Shown: piece by piece, positions 19,185 through 28,587 of the stretch
How positions within the stretch are numbered: the first letter of the stretch is position 1
Layout: the number at the start of each line of letters is the position of its first letter
DNA from: Rikenella microfusus
GTDB taxonomy: Bacteria; Bacteroidota; Bacteroidia; Bacteroidales; DYQK01
DNA: 62,458 bases
Assembly (NCBI GenBank): GCA_020719385.1
Contig: DYQK01000004.1
Location: forward strand, 1 to 62,458
Direction: 5' to 3'
Program-made: the position numbers and the translations under genes
Notes under the pieces: generated by a model
What the model saw: only the letters and a program-made list of their open reading frames with translations
Told to the model about the DNA's origin: nothing
Database searches by the model: none

Positions 19185-22082
19185 ATGAAAACTTTTATTC
19201 AGGAAACTTCACTTTATCCCGATATTATTCAATATTTTCTGCAACAAGGTTTAAGTGCCATCGGCGAAACGAAAATTAAGGAATCGCAACAACGACCCGA
19301 TATTATTTTTGAATTTGCAGGCGAACAATTTATTGTCGAAGTGAAACTCGACGATGTCGAAAAAGTTTTGTCGCAGGCGGCAACGCAAGTGATTCGTTAT
19401 GCGTTTCAACTCGGAATACAAAATTGTCTCGTTTTTGTTTATCCGAAATATCTCAAAGAGCAAGAAATTTTGAATCAAGATTTTTTGCGAGAAATCGTTT
19501 GCAAAACAGAAATGTATGTGCAGGTAACGGTCTCTTCAAAAACTTGGATTGATGATTTTGAAAAAATCTCGTTGATAGATTTTGTCGAAAAATTAAAAGA
19601 AAAATTAATTAATCCGCAGTCTGAAAAAAGTATTAATTTTGCTTCGGTGGTGTTGCGAATCAATTCGCTTGTGCGAAACTTGAACGCAGCAATTTGTACT
19701 CTCGAAGAAAAATCAATTATTGACAAAATTACCGAAGAAGTTGTTGATAAACTCGATTTATTTGCCGCCATCGGTGATTTCAAAGACAAAGAAGCCGCAC
19801 AAAAACAGGTTTTGCATCTCGCAGCGTTTTTACTTTTTAACCAAATTTTGTTTTACAACATTTTTCAGCGAAAAACAGAAAATCTGGTTGCGGAATTGTT
19901 GCAAATTAAACAACTGCGCGATATGCAAAATTATTTCGAAGCAATAACCAATATCGATTATAAATCAATTTACAAAGTCAATATTCTCGGACATATTCCA
20001 AATACTTCGTTTTTTGTAGAAAAAATTAATGATTTAATTTTAGAAATAAAATTATTGCGAGCAGAATTTATCACGCACGATTTGGCAGGAAGGTTTTTTC
20101 ACGAATTAATTCCTTTCGAAGTGCGAAAAGTACTCGCCGCGTTTTATACGCACCCAAATGCCGCCGACCTTCTCGCAGGAATCTGCATCGAAAGTGCCGA
20201 TGACTCGATTATTGACCCCGCTTGCGGAAGCGGAACTTTGCTTGTCGCTGCTTATAAACGAAAACAATTTCTCTACGAAAAAGTGTACAGTTTGGCAAAT
20301 TCGAAAAAAATGCATTCCGATTTTGTCGAAAAACAAATTACAGGAATCGACATAATGCCGTTTGCAGCACATATTTCGACAATTAATCTCACGATGCAAA
20401 ACATCGGACAAATCACCAATACGGTGCGAATTGCAACACGCGATTCGCTCGAAATGGCAACACCATTTTTGCGAAAAACCAAAGACGGAATGTTGATGGA
20501 ACGCTACACCGAGACAATTCAGACACTTCTGATTCAAATTTATGACCCCAAAATTCTCAAACGCGGGGCAATAAACGCAGACGGCACAGACGGCGAAGGG
20601 TTTAGACTCGAACAATCTGATGCGGTAATTATGAATCCGCCATATTCTGACAGGGAAAAAATGCCGCAAAAATGGCTCGACAAGTTAAATAAAAATGATA
20701 CGTTGAACGTTCATTGCGGCACTCAAGTAAATTTATGGGGACATTTTCTCATTTTGGGTGATATTTTAGTGAAGGAAAATGGTTTTGTTGGGTCAGTTAT
20801 TCCGATAAGTTTTGCTCAAGGTCGTGCAACGGACAAAATCCGCGAGTTTATTTTAAAAAATCATACGATTCGCTACATCATTAAACCTGTCGGCGATTTG
20901 GCTTTTACCGAAGATTCGATGTTGAAAGATATTTTGCTCGTTACTGAAAAGAAAATTCCCGAAGCAGACGATATTTGCAAAATCGTTTATTTTAAAACGA
21001 GTATTCGCAATTTTAAAAATGAGAATATTCCCAAACTTTACACGCAAGTTTTAAAACTTGAGAATCAAGAAAATAAAAATTTCGACATTTTTACGGTTAA
21101 ACATTCGGAATTATTGGAAAATCAAAATAATTTAATGCATTTTCTTTGGGCAAAAAATTATCGCAATTACCAAATTATCGCAAAATTGTTTAAAAATATG
21201 GAGAAAAAGAAAATTGCAAAATTTCCCAAAGGAATAATGCTTGACGGTTTTCACACTGCACCCGCAGGACTTTCGGAATTAATTTTGATAACAAACCCGA
21301 TGAACGAAAAAAGTCGTCTTGGTCGGGCAAATTTGATTTATGACAAAACAGACGAAAAGGGAAATTTAATTGTACATCTGAAAAATACAGATTTTTCGTA
21401 TCAAATTCCGTCTTCGTGCTGCGAGAAAGCGTTGCGAACTTTGACAGGCGTTAAAACAATGAAACTTGAAAAAGATTTTGATTATTTTATTACAAGTTCA
21501 TTTGCTGATTTTAAAGAAATTTCCCGTTTTTCGAAATTTAAAAAAAGAGAAAATTTCGATTGGAAGTGGTTGAATAACAAAGCGAAAGGGAAAAAAGGAC
21601 ATTTTGCGTTGGCAAGCCGTTTAGGAATCGAATCGCCGAATACGTCTGTAATTGCCGTTTATTCCGATGAACCGTTTATTACCACCAATACTCAAAAAGT
21701 TTTTCCGAATCTCGATAAAAATCAAGCGAAAATTTTTTGTTTATTTTTTAATTCCATCATTGGAATAATGCAAATTTTGCTGCACAAAGGACAAGCAACA
21801 GGAATGTATGGACATATCAAAGAGCCGCATCTTGCGTTGTTTAAATTTTTAGATGTTGACAATTTGCAAAACAAAGAAATCGAAAAACTGTTGTTGGTTT
21901 TCGATGAGATAAAAAATGTCGAATTTCCGAGTATTGTCGAGCAAATCGAAAAACGTTTTCCGCAACGTGTGAAAATGGATATTGCGATTTTAGAAGTTTT
22001 AGGTTACAAAAAAGGCGAAATCAACGAATTATTACCCGAATTGTACGAGGTAATTTTGTCGGAGTTGAAAAACGAAAAATGA
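19185..22082 (+). CDS. Fused restriction-modification enzyme (type IIG-like): PD-(D/E)XK nuclease + amino-MTase + putative TRD
   Basis: RPD..EVK..Q...Y at the N-terminus; FYT, DPACGSG, NPPY; own promoter TATCTTTG 19157-19164. Confidence 0.85.
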   Translation: MKTFIQETSLYPDIIQYFLQQGLSAIGETKIKESQQRPDIIFEFAGEQFIVEVKLDDVEKVLSQAATQVIRYAFQLGIQNCLVFVYPKYLKEQEILNQDFLREIVCKTEMYVQVTVSSKTWIDDFEKISLIDFVEKLKEKLINPQSEKSINFASVVLRINSLVRNLNAAICTLEEKSIIDKITEEVVDKLDLFAAIGDFKDKEAAQKQVLHLAAFLLFNQILFYNIFQRKTENLVAELLQIKQLRDMQNYFEAITNIDYKSIYKVNILGHIPNTSFFVEKINDLILEIKLLRAEFITHDLAGRFFHELIPFEVRKVLAAFYTHPNAADLLAGICIESADDSIIDPACGSGTLLVAAYKRKQFLYEKVYSLANSKKMHSDFVEKQITGIDIMPFAAHISTINLTMQNIGQITNTVRIATRDSLEMATPFLRKTKDGMLMERYTETIQTLLIQIYDPKILKRGAINADGTDGEGFRLEQSDAVIMNPPYSDREKMPQKWLDKLNKNDTLNVHCGTQVNLWGHFLILGDILVKENGFVGSVIPISFAQGRATDKIREFILKNHTIRYIIKPVGDLAFTEDSMLKDILLVTEKKIPEADDICKIVYFKTSIRNFKNENIPKLYTQVLKLENQENKNFDIFTVKHSELLENQNNLMHFLWAKNYRNYQIIAKLFKNMEKKKIAKFPKGIMLDGFHTAPAGLSELILITNPMNEKSRLGRANLIYDKTDEKGNLIVHLKNTDFSYQIPSSCCEKALRTLTGVKTMKLEKDFDYFITSSFADFKEISRFSKFKKRENFDWKWLNNKAKGKKGHFALASRLGIESPNTSVIAVYSDEPFITTNTQKVFPNLDKNQAKIFCLFFNSIIGIMQILLHKGQATGMYGHIKEPHLALFKFLDVDNLQNKEIEKLLLVFDEIKNVEFPSIVEQIEKRFPQRVKMDIAILEVLGYKKGEINELLPELYEVILSELKNEK

Positions 22083-22088
22083 AAAAAA

Positions 22089-22120
22089 TTGTAGGGACAA
22101 TTTGCAAATTGTCCCTACAA
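22089..22120. repeat. Perfect 32-bp GTAG-type REP-like palindrome; terminator geometry on the minus strand
   Basis: TTGTAGGGACAATTTGCAAATTGTCCCTACAA, followed by T7 on the minus strand (A7 at 22082-22088). Confidence 0.8.
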
Positions 22121-22230
22121 AAATAAATTTTTTGAAAATTCGCCAACGTGAAAATGCCTTTTAATAAAAAAATCCCTCGCACTAACGTCCAAAACGATTT
22201 GGCTACTTTTTCTGTATTACAAAACTGACG

Positions 22231-22261
22231 CAAAGGTAAAAATTATATGTATAATAACAAA
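22231..22261 (-). promoter_or_regulatory. Orphan consensus Bacteroidota promoter
   Basis: Minus strand TTTG (22261-22258), 19 nt, TACCTTTG (22238-22231), with no credible CDS downstream. Confidence 0.55.
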
Positions 22262-22433
22262 ATATTAAAGTGCGTTTTGGGACATAAAACAGAAATCTCG
22301 GTACAAAAAACATTTTTCTCAATACAAAAAATTTTTTTCTTAACTAAATTTTTGTTACGAAAAATTAAGTTTAATAAAATTTTGTTTTTGAAAATTTTTT
22401 CGTATTTTTGTGAAAATTTTAAACGAAAATTGT

Positions 22434-23084
22434 ATGGAAAAGAAAAAACCTGAAAAAATTATTTTTCAAACTGTTCGCTTAGACGATTTGGTGGAAGTTG
22501 TTGATTTAAAACAACTTCCTGAACAAGAAATTTTTAAAGAATGGTTTAATTTTCAACATTCTATTTCTGTTGAAGAGGAAAAATTTTTGCAAGATTTGAT
22601 AAAAGACAATTATGATTTTTTGTCTTATTGTTCGGAAGAAGATTTGAAAATGGAATTTATCGCACTTTTGCTTGCGAAGGTTCGTTTTCGATTCAAAGAT
22701 AAACGCGGTTTTTATGAACAACCGTTAAAAGCAAAAATTAATGGCGTAGAATTTTGTGGAAAAACTGATTTTATGTTTGCGATGGGTGTCGAAGTGCCGC
22801 AAAAACCCTATTTTTTTATTCAGGAATTTAAACGCGAAGGGAAAAGTTCGCATCCCAAAAATCAACTTCTTGCCGAAATGCTTGTCGCAATAGAGTTAAA
22901 TAAAGTTAATTTAATGCGAGGTGCGTATATTGTTGGTCGGCATTGGAATTTTGTTATGTTAGAAAAAATTGCAGAAAATTCTTTTCAATATTTCGTTTCA
23001 GATTCTTTCGATTCGTTAAATTTCAAAAGTTTAAGGCATATTTATAACAATTTGCAGGCAATAAAATTGGTTTATTGCGTTTAA
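22434..23084 (+). CDS. HsdR_N-like PD-(D/E)XK nuclease-fold protein
   Basis: SEE..K..FI, GKTDF, IQEFK, QLLAEM, G..W.F; TATTTTTG at 22403-22410. Confidence 0.65.
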   Translation: MEKKKPEKIIFQTVRLDDLVEVVDLKQLPEQEIFKEWFNFQHSISVEEEKFLQDLIKDNYDFLSYCSEEDLKMEFIALLLAKVRFRFKDKRGFYEQPLKAKINGVEFCGKTDFMFAMGVEVPQKPYFFIQEFKREGKSSHPKNQLLAEMLVAIELNKVNLMRGAYIVGRHWNFVMLEKIAENSFQYFVSDSFDSLNFKSLRHIYNNLQAIKLVYCV

Positions 23085-23132
23085 ATCGATATTTTTAACT
23101 TTTGTTAAGAAAAATTAAGTTTAATAAACGAA

Positions 23133-23462
23133 ATGAAAAATTTAGATTCTGAAACACTTTTGATTTTGCAGCAGTTTAAAACTGCTGTTCAAGGGTTGTA
23201 TGGTTCTCGTTTTGTGAAAATGATTTTATTTGGTTCTTATGCTCGCGGCTGTGCGAATGAATTTTCTGATATGGACATTTTAATTCTCTTGACATCAATG
23301 CGTTCACCATATGTTGAGACTCGTCGAATGAGTGAAATAAAATTTCATTTTCTTGAAGAATACGAGAAAATAATTAGTACAATTCCAACGACATTATTTC
23401 GTTATGAAAAATCATTAGTCCCTTTGTATCGAATCATTAAAAACGAAGGCGTTGAAATATGA
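23133..23462 (+). CDS. Minimal nucleotidyltransferase (MNT), putative antitoxin
   Basis: LFGS-X10-DMD signature; I..EG..I end. Confidence 0.9.
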   Translation: MKNLDSETLLILQQFKTAVQGLYGSRFVKMILFGSYARGCANEFSDMDILILLTSMRSPYVETRRMSEIKFHFLEEYEKIISTIPTTLFRYEKSLVPLYRIIKNEGVEI

Positions 23463-23848
23463 ATGCAATAGAACAATATTTAAAAATGGCTGACGAAGCT
23501 TTACAAGAATCAAAATTAATGTTGCAACATCAATTTTATCGGGGTGCAGTTTCTCGTGCTTATTATGCTTCGTTTTATGCGGTGCAAGCGTGTTTAGAGA
23601 GTATTTCGGTGAATGTAAAAACTCATCAAGGAGCATTATTGATGTTTAGTAAACATTTTATCAAAACGAATCTGTTGCCGAAACAATTTGGTAAATTTTT
23701 GCAAGATAATCTTGAACAGCGTTTAATTGGTGATTATGAAATTGGGTTTAAAGCAAAACTTCCTGATGCAACAATTTCTCTTGAAAATGCAGAAACAATT
23801 GTTTCGGGAATAAAAGAATTGTTGCAAAATGAAACGACAAAACATTGA
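23459..23848 (+). CDS. HEPN domain protein (UPF0332-like), partner of MNT
   Basis: AVSRAYYA.F, KTH.G, R..xDY; ATGA overlap with the MNT gene. Confidence 0.88.
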   Translation: MNAIEQYLKMADEALQESKLMLQHQFYRGAVSRAYYASFYAVQACLESISVNVKTHQGALLMFSKHFIKTNLLPKQFGKFLQDNLEQRLIGDYEIGFKAKLPDATISLENAETIVSGIKELLQNETTKH

Positions 23849-24109
23849 CCGCACACAGAAAAATCATTGTAAATTAAAAATCGAAATGACCGATTCTTAC
23901 ATTTTGGAACTTTACGAAACAAATTTAGGTGACGAAAATACTTTTTTTCATATTGCGTTACTTTGTCGAAATCATTTTGGGGGAATTTTTGATTTTCCGA
24001 AAATATAGAAACGCTAAGAAATTGAAAATTTTTTTTTCGAGAAATAAAAAAGCATTGCCAAATTTTGAGAAAAATGGCAACACTAATTAAACGCAATTGG
24101 GTGAATTTT

Positions 24110-24418
24110 CTATGCCTGTGCTTGTTGTCCGCCGAAGTTCATCGGTAAAACTGCCCCTTCGGGAATTTGAATTTTCCCAATATTCGCTTCGAACTTCGCA
24201 ATATTGTCCTTAAGTGCCATCAAGAGACGTTTTGCGTTGTCGGGCGTGAGAATAATTCGCGATTTCACTTGTGCCTTTGGAACGCCTGGCAACATACGAA
24301 TAAAATCCAAAATAAATTCCGATGAAGAATGCGTTATTACCGCCAAATTTGAGTAAATTCCTTGGGCGACTTCTTCAGAAACCTCAATATTTATTTGGTT
24401 TTGATTTTTATTTTCCAT
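24110..24418 (-). CDS. DUF3467 family protein
   Basis: G.YSN...I.HS..EFILDF....PG..A.V.SRII.TP..AKRL..AL..N; minus-strand TACTTTTG at 24449-24456. Confidence 0.85.
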   Translation of the reverse strand: MENKNQNQINIEVSEEVAQGIYSNLAVITHSSSEFILDFIRMLPGVPKAQVKSRIILTPDNAKRLLMALKDNIAKFEANIGKIQIPEGAVLPMNFGGQQAQA

Positions 24419-24543
24419 ATTTTTAAAGAAATTTTGTGAAAAACTTTGCAAAAGTAAATATTTTTCTCAAAAAAACGAAAAAATTTTTGATTTTCACAAA
24501 AAAAAAGTAATTTTGCTTGTTAATTTATTTCGAAAAATTTATT

Positions 24544-26853
24544 ATGAAAATAAAAGCAAAAATTTATCTCTTTATTTTAACGACTTCTGTTGTCATTTTT
24601 GCCGCAACCATCGGGTTTATTACTCAGAATTATAAATCAAAATCGTTAATTGATGCTGAACGCATTGCGAATGCCTCGGCAGGCGAATCCGCCAATATGG
24701 CTCAAGCCATATTGAACACAGACGTTGCCATTGCGAGAACTCTACAAAATAGTTTTCAGGATTATAAAAAAGTTCCGAAAAAATTGCGAGATGAAATTTA
24801 CAAAGACATCTTAGAAAATACGTTAATCGAAAATCCTGATTATACTGCGGTGTGGCTTTCGTGGGAATTAAACGCTATTGACACCTCTTGGGAAAAAAAT
24901 TATGGACGAGTTCGATATATTTATCACCGAATAAATAACGAGATTCGTTTATTAGTCGATAGTGTAAATCTCAACGGTGATAATCCCAATTCCGATTATT
25001 ACCGCATAAAACAGACAGGCGAGGAATATTTGAGCAATCCATATTATTTTCCTTATGGAAAAGATACGATTTTTGAGTCAAGTATTTGTTCTCCAATAAT
25101 GGTTGACAAAAAGTTGGTCGGTGTTTCGGGTCTTGATGTGCCGCTGACGCGTTTTCAAAATATTATTCAGAAGGTTAAAACGTTTAAAACAGGTGATGCG
25201 TTTTTAATTGCGAACAACGGAATAATTGTCGCACACGCACAGCCTTCATTGATGGGAAAGAATATTGAGATTCTTTACTCGAATCAAAATGTTTTGCAAA
25301 ATATTCAACTTGGAAAATCGTTTTCGTTTACAAATTCTGACGAGAAGGGGGAGAATTTTGTCTCTTTTGTACCGATTTTTATTGGAAAAACGAAGACTCC
25401 TTGGTCGATGGGCGTTTCGTATTCGTTAGACGAGATTATGAAAGAAGCGAATCATAATTTTAACATTTCGATTCTCGTTTGGCTCATTGGTCAGTTAATT
25501 TTGTCAATAATGATTTTTATCATTTCGCAAAATATTACCGTTCCACTGAATCAAACAATTGGGATTCTCGGTGATTTGGACAAAGGAATTATTGACAAAA
25601 ATCGAAAGTTGAAAATAAAATCGAAAGATGAATTGGGTGAAGTTGCTCGTTCTGTAAATAATCTTGTTGATACTTTGAACGATGCGGCGAGTTTCGCAAA
25701 GCAAGTCGGGAAAGGAAATTTAGAAGTTTCTTTTGAGGTGAAAAGTGAATTTGATGAACTTGGAAATGCACTTTTGGAAATGCGAAAGAATTTGATTCAG
25801 GCAAAAGAAGAAGAGGAGAAAATGAATTTCGAGGGGCAAAAACTAAATTGGTCGCAGCAAGGAATTGCAAATATCGGCGAAATTTTGCGTCAAAATAGCG
25901 ACAATATGAAGGAGTTTAGTTATGCGATAATGAGTAATTTGGTGAAATATCTTGGTGCGGCACAGGGCGGAATGTTCATTGTGAATGATAATGATAAACA
26001 CAATATTTTTGTTGAATTGCTTGCTGCTTATGCTTTTGACCGTAAAAAAACTTTCGAATCGAAATTGGCAATTGGTGAAAATCTTGTTGGTCGTTGCGTG
26101 CAGGAGAAAGAGAGAATTTACATCACAAATTTGCCCGAAGGTTATATGTATGTTACCTCGGGCTTGGGTGAGAAGACGCCGAATGTTTTGTTAATTGTTC
26201 CATTGATTTTCAGTGAAGAGACTTTTGGGGCAATCGAAATTGCGTCTTTCAATGCGTTTGAGAATTTTCAAATTGATTTTGTCGAGAAAATTGCGGAACG
26301 AATCGCTTCGACCATCTCAATAATTAAGAAAAATGTTAAAACTGCCGAATTGTTAAAACAATTTCAAGATAAATCTGAGGAGTTGGCTGTTCGCGAAACC
26401 GAGATGCGTGAAAATTTCAAGGAATTACAAATTGCTCAGGAAAAAGCCGTTCTCAAAGAGCAAGAAACGGCAGGCATTCTGGAGGCAATAACGTCTGCTG
26501 CGTCAGTGGTTTACTATGATATAAACGGAAATATTCTCGAAATCAATGATAAAAATCTCGAAACGATGGGATATCGCCGCGAGGATATTGTTGGTCGGAA
26601 TCAAAGCGAATTTGCTCCTGAAGCGAGAAATAATCCGAAATGGTATCGCGAATTTTGGAACGATTTGCGAACAGGAATTCCGCGAAAACGAATTTTTCAT
26701 CACGAATATAAGGGCAACGAAATATGGATTTCGGAACATTATACCCCGATTCTCAAGGATGGAAAACCGTACAAAATCATCAATATCGGTTTTGACATCA
26801 CTGAAATTAAACTTCAAACACAAAAGTTAACTCAAAATACAAATCTCGAATGA
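24544..26853 (+). CDS. Membrane sensor TM-dCache-TM-HAMP-GAF-coiled coil-PAS with no recognisable output domain
   Basis: Two TM segments, YLSNPY/GVSGLD Cache, DELG HAMP, GENLVG..VPL GAF, C-terminal PAS ending in DITE. Confidence 0.8.
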   Translation: MKIKAKIYLFILTTSVVIFAATIGFITQNYKSKSLIDAERIANASAGESANMAQAILNTDVAIARTLQNSFQDYKKVPKKLRDEIYKDILENTLIENPDYTAVWLSWELNAIDTSWEKNYGRVRYIYHRINNEIRLLVDSVNLNGDNPNSDYYRIKQTGEEYLSNPYYFPYGKDTIFESSICSPIMVDKKLVGVSGLDVPLTRFQNIIQKVKTFKTGDAFLIANNGIIVAHAQPSLMGKNIEILYSNQNVLQNIQLGKSFSFTNSDEKGENFVSFVPIFIGKTKTPWSMGVSYSLDEIMKEANHNFNISILVWLIGQLILSIMIFIISQNITVPLNQTIGILGDLDKGIIDKNRKLKIKSKDELGEVARSVNNLVDTLNDAASFAKQVGKGNLEVSFEVKSEFDELGNALLEMRKNLIQAKEEEEKMNFEGQKLNWSQQGIANIGEILRQNSDNMKEFSYAIMSNLVKYLGAAQGGMFIVNDNDKHNIFVELLAAYAFDRKKTFESKLAIGENLVGRCVQEKERIYITNLPEGYMYVTSGLGEKTPNVLLIVPLIFSEETFGAIEIASFNAFENFQIDFVEKIAERIASTISIIKKNVKTAELLKQFQDKSEELAVRETEMRENFKELQIAQEKAVLKEQETAGILEAITSAASVVYYDINGNILEINDKNLETMGYRREDIVGRNQSEFAPEARNNPKWYREFWNDLRTGIPRKRIFHHEYKGNEIWISEHYTPILKDGKPYKIINIGFDITEIKLQTQKLTQNTNLE

Positions 26854-28502
26854 AAGCAATGATTCTTGCCGCAGGAAAAGGCACAAGACTGCAACCTTTG
26901 ACGAATTTTCAACCCAAAGCACTCGTTGAGGTGAATGGAAAACCGTTAATTGAAATTTTGATTCAGCGACTGAAAAAATTTGGTTTTAACGAAATCATTA
27001 TCAATTTGCATCATTTTCAAAATCAAATTATCTCTTTTTTGGAGAAAAAAAATTTTTTCGACACAAAAATTGAATTTTCTTTTGAGGAAAATTTGCTCGA
27101 AACAGGCGGCGGGCTGCTCAAAGCATCGCACTTTTTTTTCGATAAAAAACCGTTTCTTTTGCATAATGTTGATGTTTTGTCAGAGATAAATTTGCTCGAT
27201 TTTTATGAGAAACATTGCGAAAACAAAGCATTAGCGACCTTGGCTGTACAGGAAAAAAATTCTGACCGATATTTGCATTTCGATGAACAAAATTTTTTGT
27301 GTGCCTGGCAGAATGTCTCGACTAATGAACTTCGAAAAGTACGAAATCCGAATGGAAATTTGAAAATTGCTGCATTTAGCGGAATCCACGTTGTTGACCC
27401 CAAAATTTTCGATTTGATAACGCAAAAAAATTGTTTCTCTATAATCGAAACTTATCTCAATCTTGCCCCGCAGCACAAAATTGCTCCGTATTTTTACAAA
27501 GAAAATACTCAAGATGTGGGCAAAATTTCTTCGATTTTACAAACTTCGTATCTCGTTGATTCTCCGACTTTTACAGAGATAAAAGAATCTTATGAAAAAA
27601 TTAAACCTTATATTTCTCAAACGCCAGTTTTGTCTTCGCAAAATTTAAACGAATTATTCGGTGCCGAATTGTTTTTCAAGTGTGAAAATTTTCAGAAAAC
27701 AGGAAGTTTTAAGATTCGCGGTGCAACGAATGCAGTTTTTTCGCTTTCAGAAGCCGCAGTAAAGCAAGGAATAATTACTCATTCATCAGGAAATCACGCA
27801 GCGGCAGTAGCTTTTGCAGCGAAACTTCGAGAAACGAAATCTTATATTGTAATGCCCGAAAATTCGCCTGAAGTGAAAAAAGAATCGGTGAAAAATTACG
27901 GTGCAGAAGTATATTTTTGCGAACCAACACTCTCGGCACGCGAGGAAATCTTGAAATTATGGATAGAAAAAACGGGAGCAAATTTTATTCACCCATACGA
28001 CAACGTAAAAGTAATTTGCGGACAAGGAACAATCTCGTTAGAATTTTTGGAGCAAGTTTCGAATCTCGAAATATTACTGATTCCTGTAAGCGGCGGCGGT
28101 TTATTGAGTGGAAATTTGATTGCCGCAAAAGCGTTAAAACCTGATTTAAAAATTTTTGGAGTCGAACCACAAGGAGCCAATGACGCCTTTTTGTCTTTTT
28201 ATGAGAAAAAATTGATAAAACTTGACAAAATCGAGACAATTGCTGACGGTTTGCGTGCCTCGCTCAGTCCTTTGACGTTCAATATTATCTCAAAACTCGC
28301 AGACGGAATAGTTACCGTAAGCGAAGGAGCAATTCTTTGTGCGATGTATTTGTTGGCAGAGAAGTTAAAAATTGTTGCAGAACCTTCGTCAGCAGTGCCT
28401 TTGGCAGCACTTTTGGAAAATAAACTTGAGTTTAAAAACAAAAAAGTCGGAATAATTGTCTCAGGGGGAAATATTGATTTAAAAAATTATTGGAAATTTT
28501 AA
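26850..28502 (+). CDS. Fusion of MurU/GCD1-like nucleotidyltransferase and fold-type II PLP enzyme (serine racemase/dehydratase-like)
   Basis: ILAAGKGTRL.P.T...PK, ETGGG, DVGK; then KCENFQKTGSFKIRG, THSSGNH, SGGG, ADG, EPS, SGGN. Confidence 0.88.
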   Translation: MKAMILAAGKGTRLQPLTNFQPKALVEVNGKPLIEILIQRLKKFGFNEIIINLHHFQNQIISFLEKKNFFDTKIEFSFEENLLETGGGLLKASHFFFDKKPFLLHNVDVLSEINLLDFYEKHCENKALATLAVQEKNSDRYLHFDEQNFLCAWQNVSTNELRKVRNPNGNLKIAAFSGIHVVDPKIFDLITQKNCFSIIETYLNLAPQHKIAPYFYKENTQDVGKISSILQTSYLVDSPTFTEIKESYEKIKPYISQTPVLSSQNLNELFGAELFFKCENFQKTGSFKIRGATNAVFSLSEAAVKQGIITHSSGNHAAAVAFAAKLRETKSYIVMPENSPEVKKESVKNYGAEVYFCEPTLSAREEILKLWIEKTGANFIHPYDNVKVICGQGTISLEFLEQVSNLEILLIPVSGGGLLSGNLIAAKALKPDLKIFGVEPQGANDAFLSFYEKKLIKLDKIETIADGLRASLSPLTFNIISKLADGIVTVSEGAILCAMYLLAEKLKIVAEPSSAVPLAALLENKLEFKNKKVGIIVSGGNIDLKNYWKF

Positions 28503-28546
28503 ATTTTTATATAAAATTTGGAGTTTTATAACAACAAATTTAAAAA

Positions 28547-28579
28547 ACCTGCAAAACTTTTTCAGAAAATTTTGCAGGT
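28547..28579. terminator. Hairpin between convergent genes
   Basis: ACCTGCAAAA...TTTTGCAGGT. Confidence 0.7.
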
Positions 28580-28587
28580 AAAAAATC

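Noticed and set aside
22021-22233. 70-aa minus-strand ORF across the candidate sRNA
   Set aside because: Its TTG start lies inside the -7 promoter element and it reads through the palindrome and terminator.
23829-24008. 59-codon ORF overlapping the HEPN 3' end (MKRQNIDR..FPKI)
   Set aside because: No recognisable motif or promoter; could be a remnant but cannot be supported.
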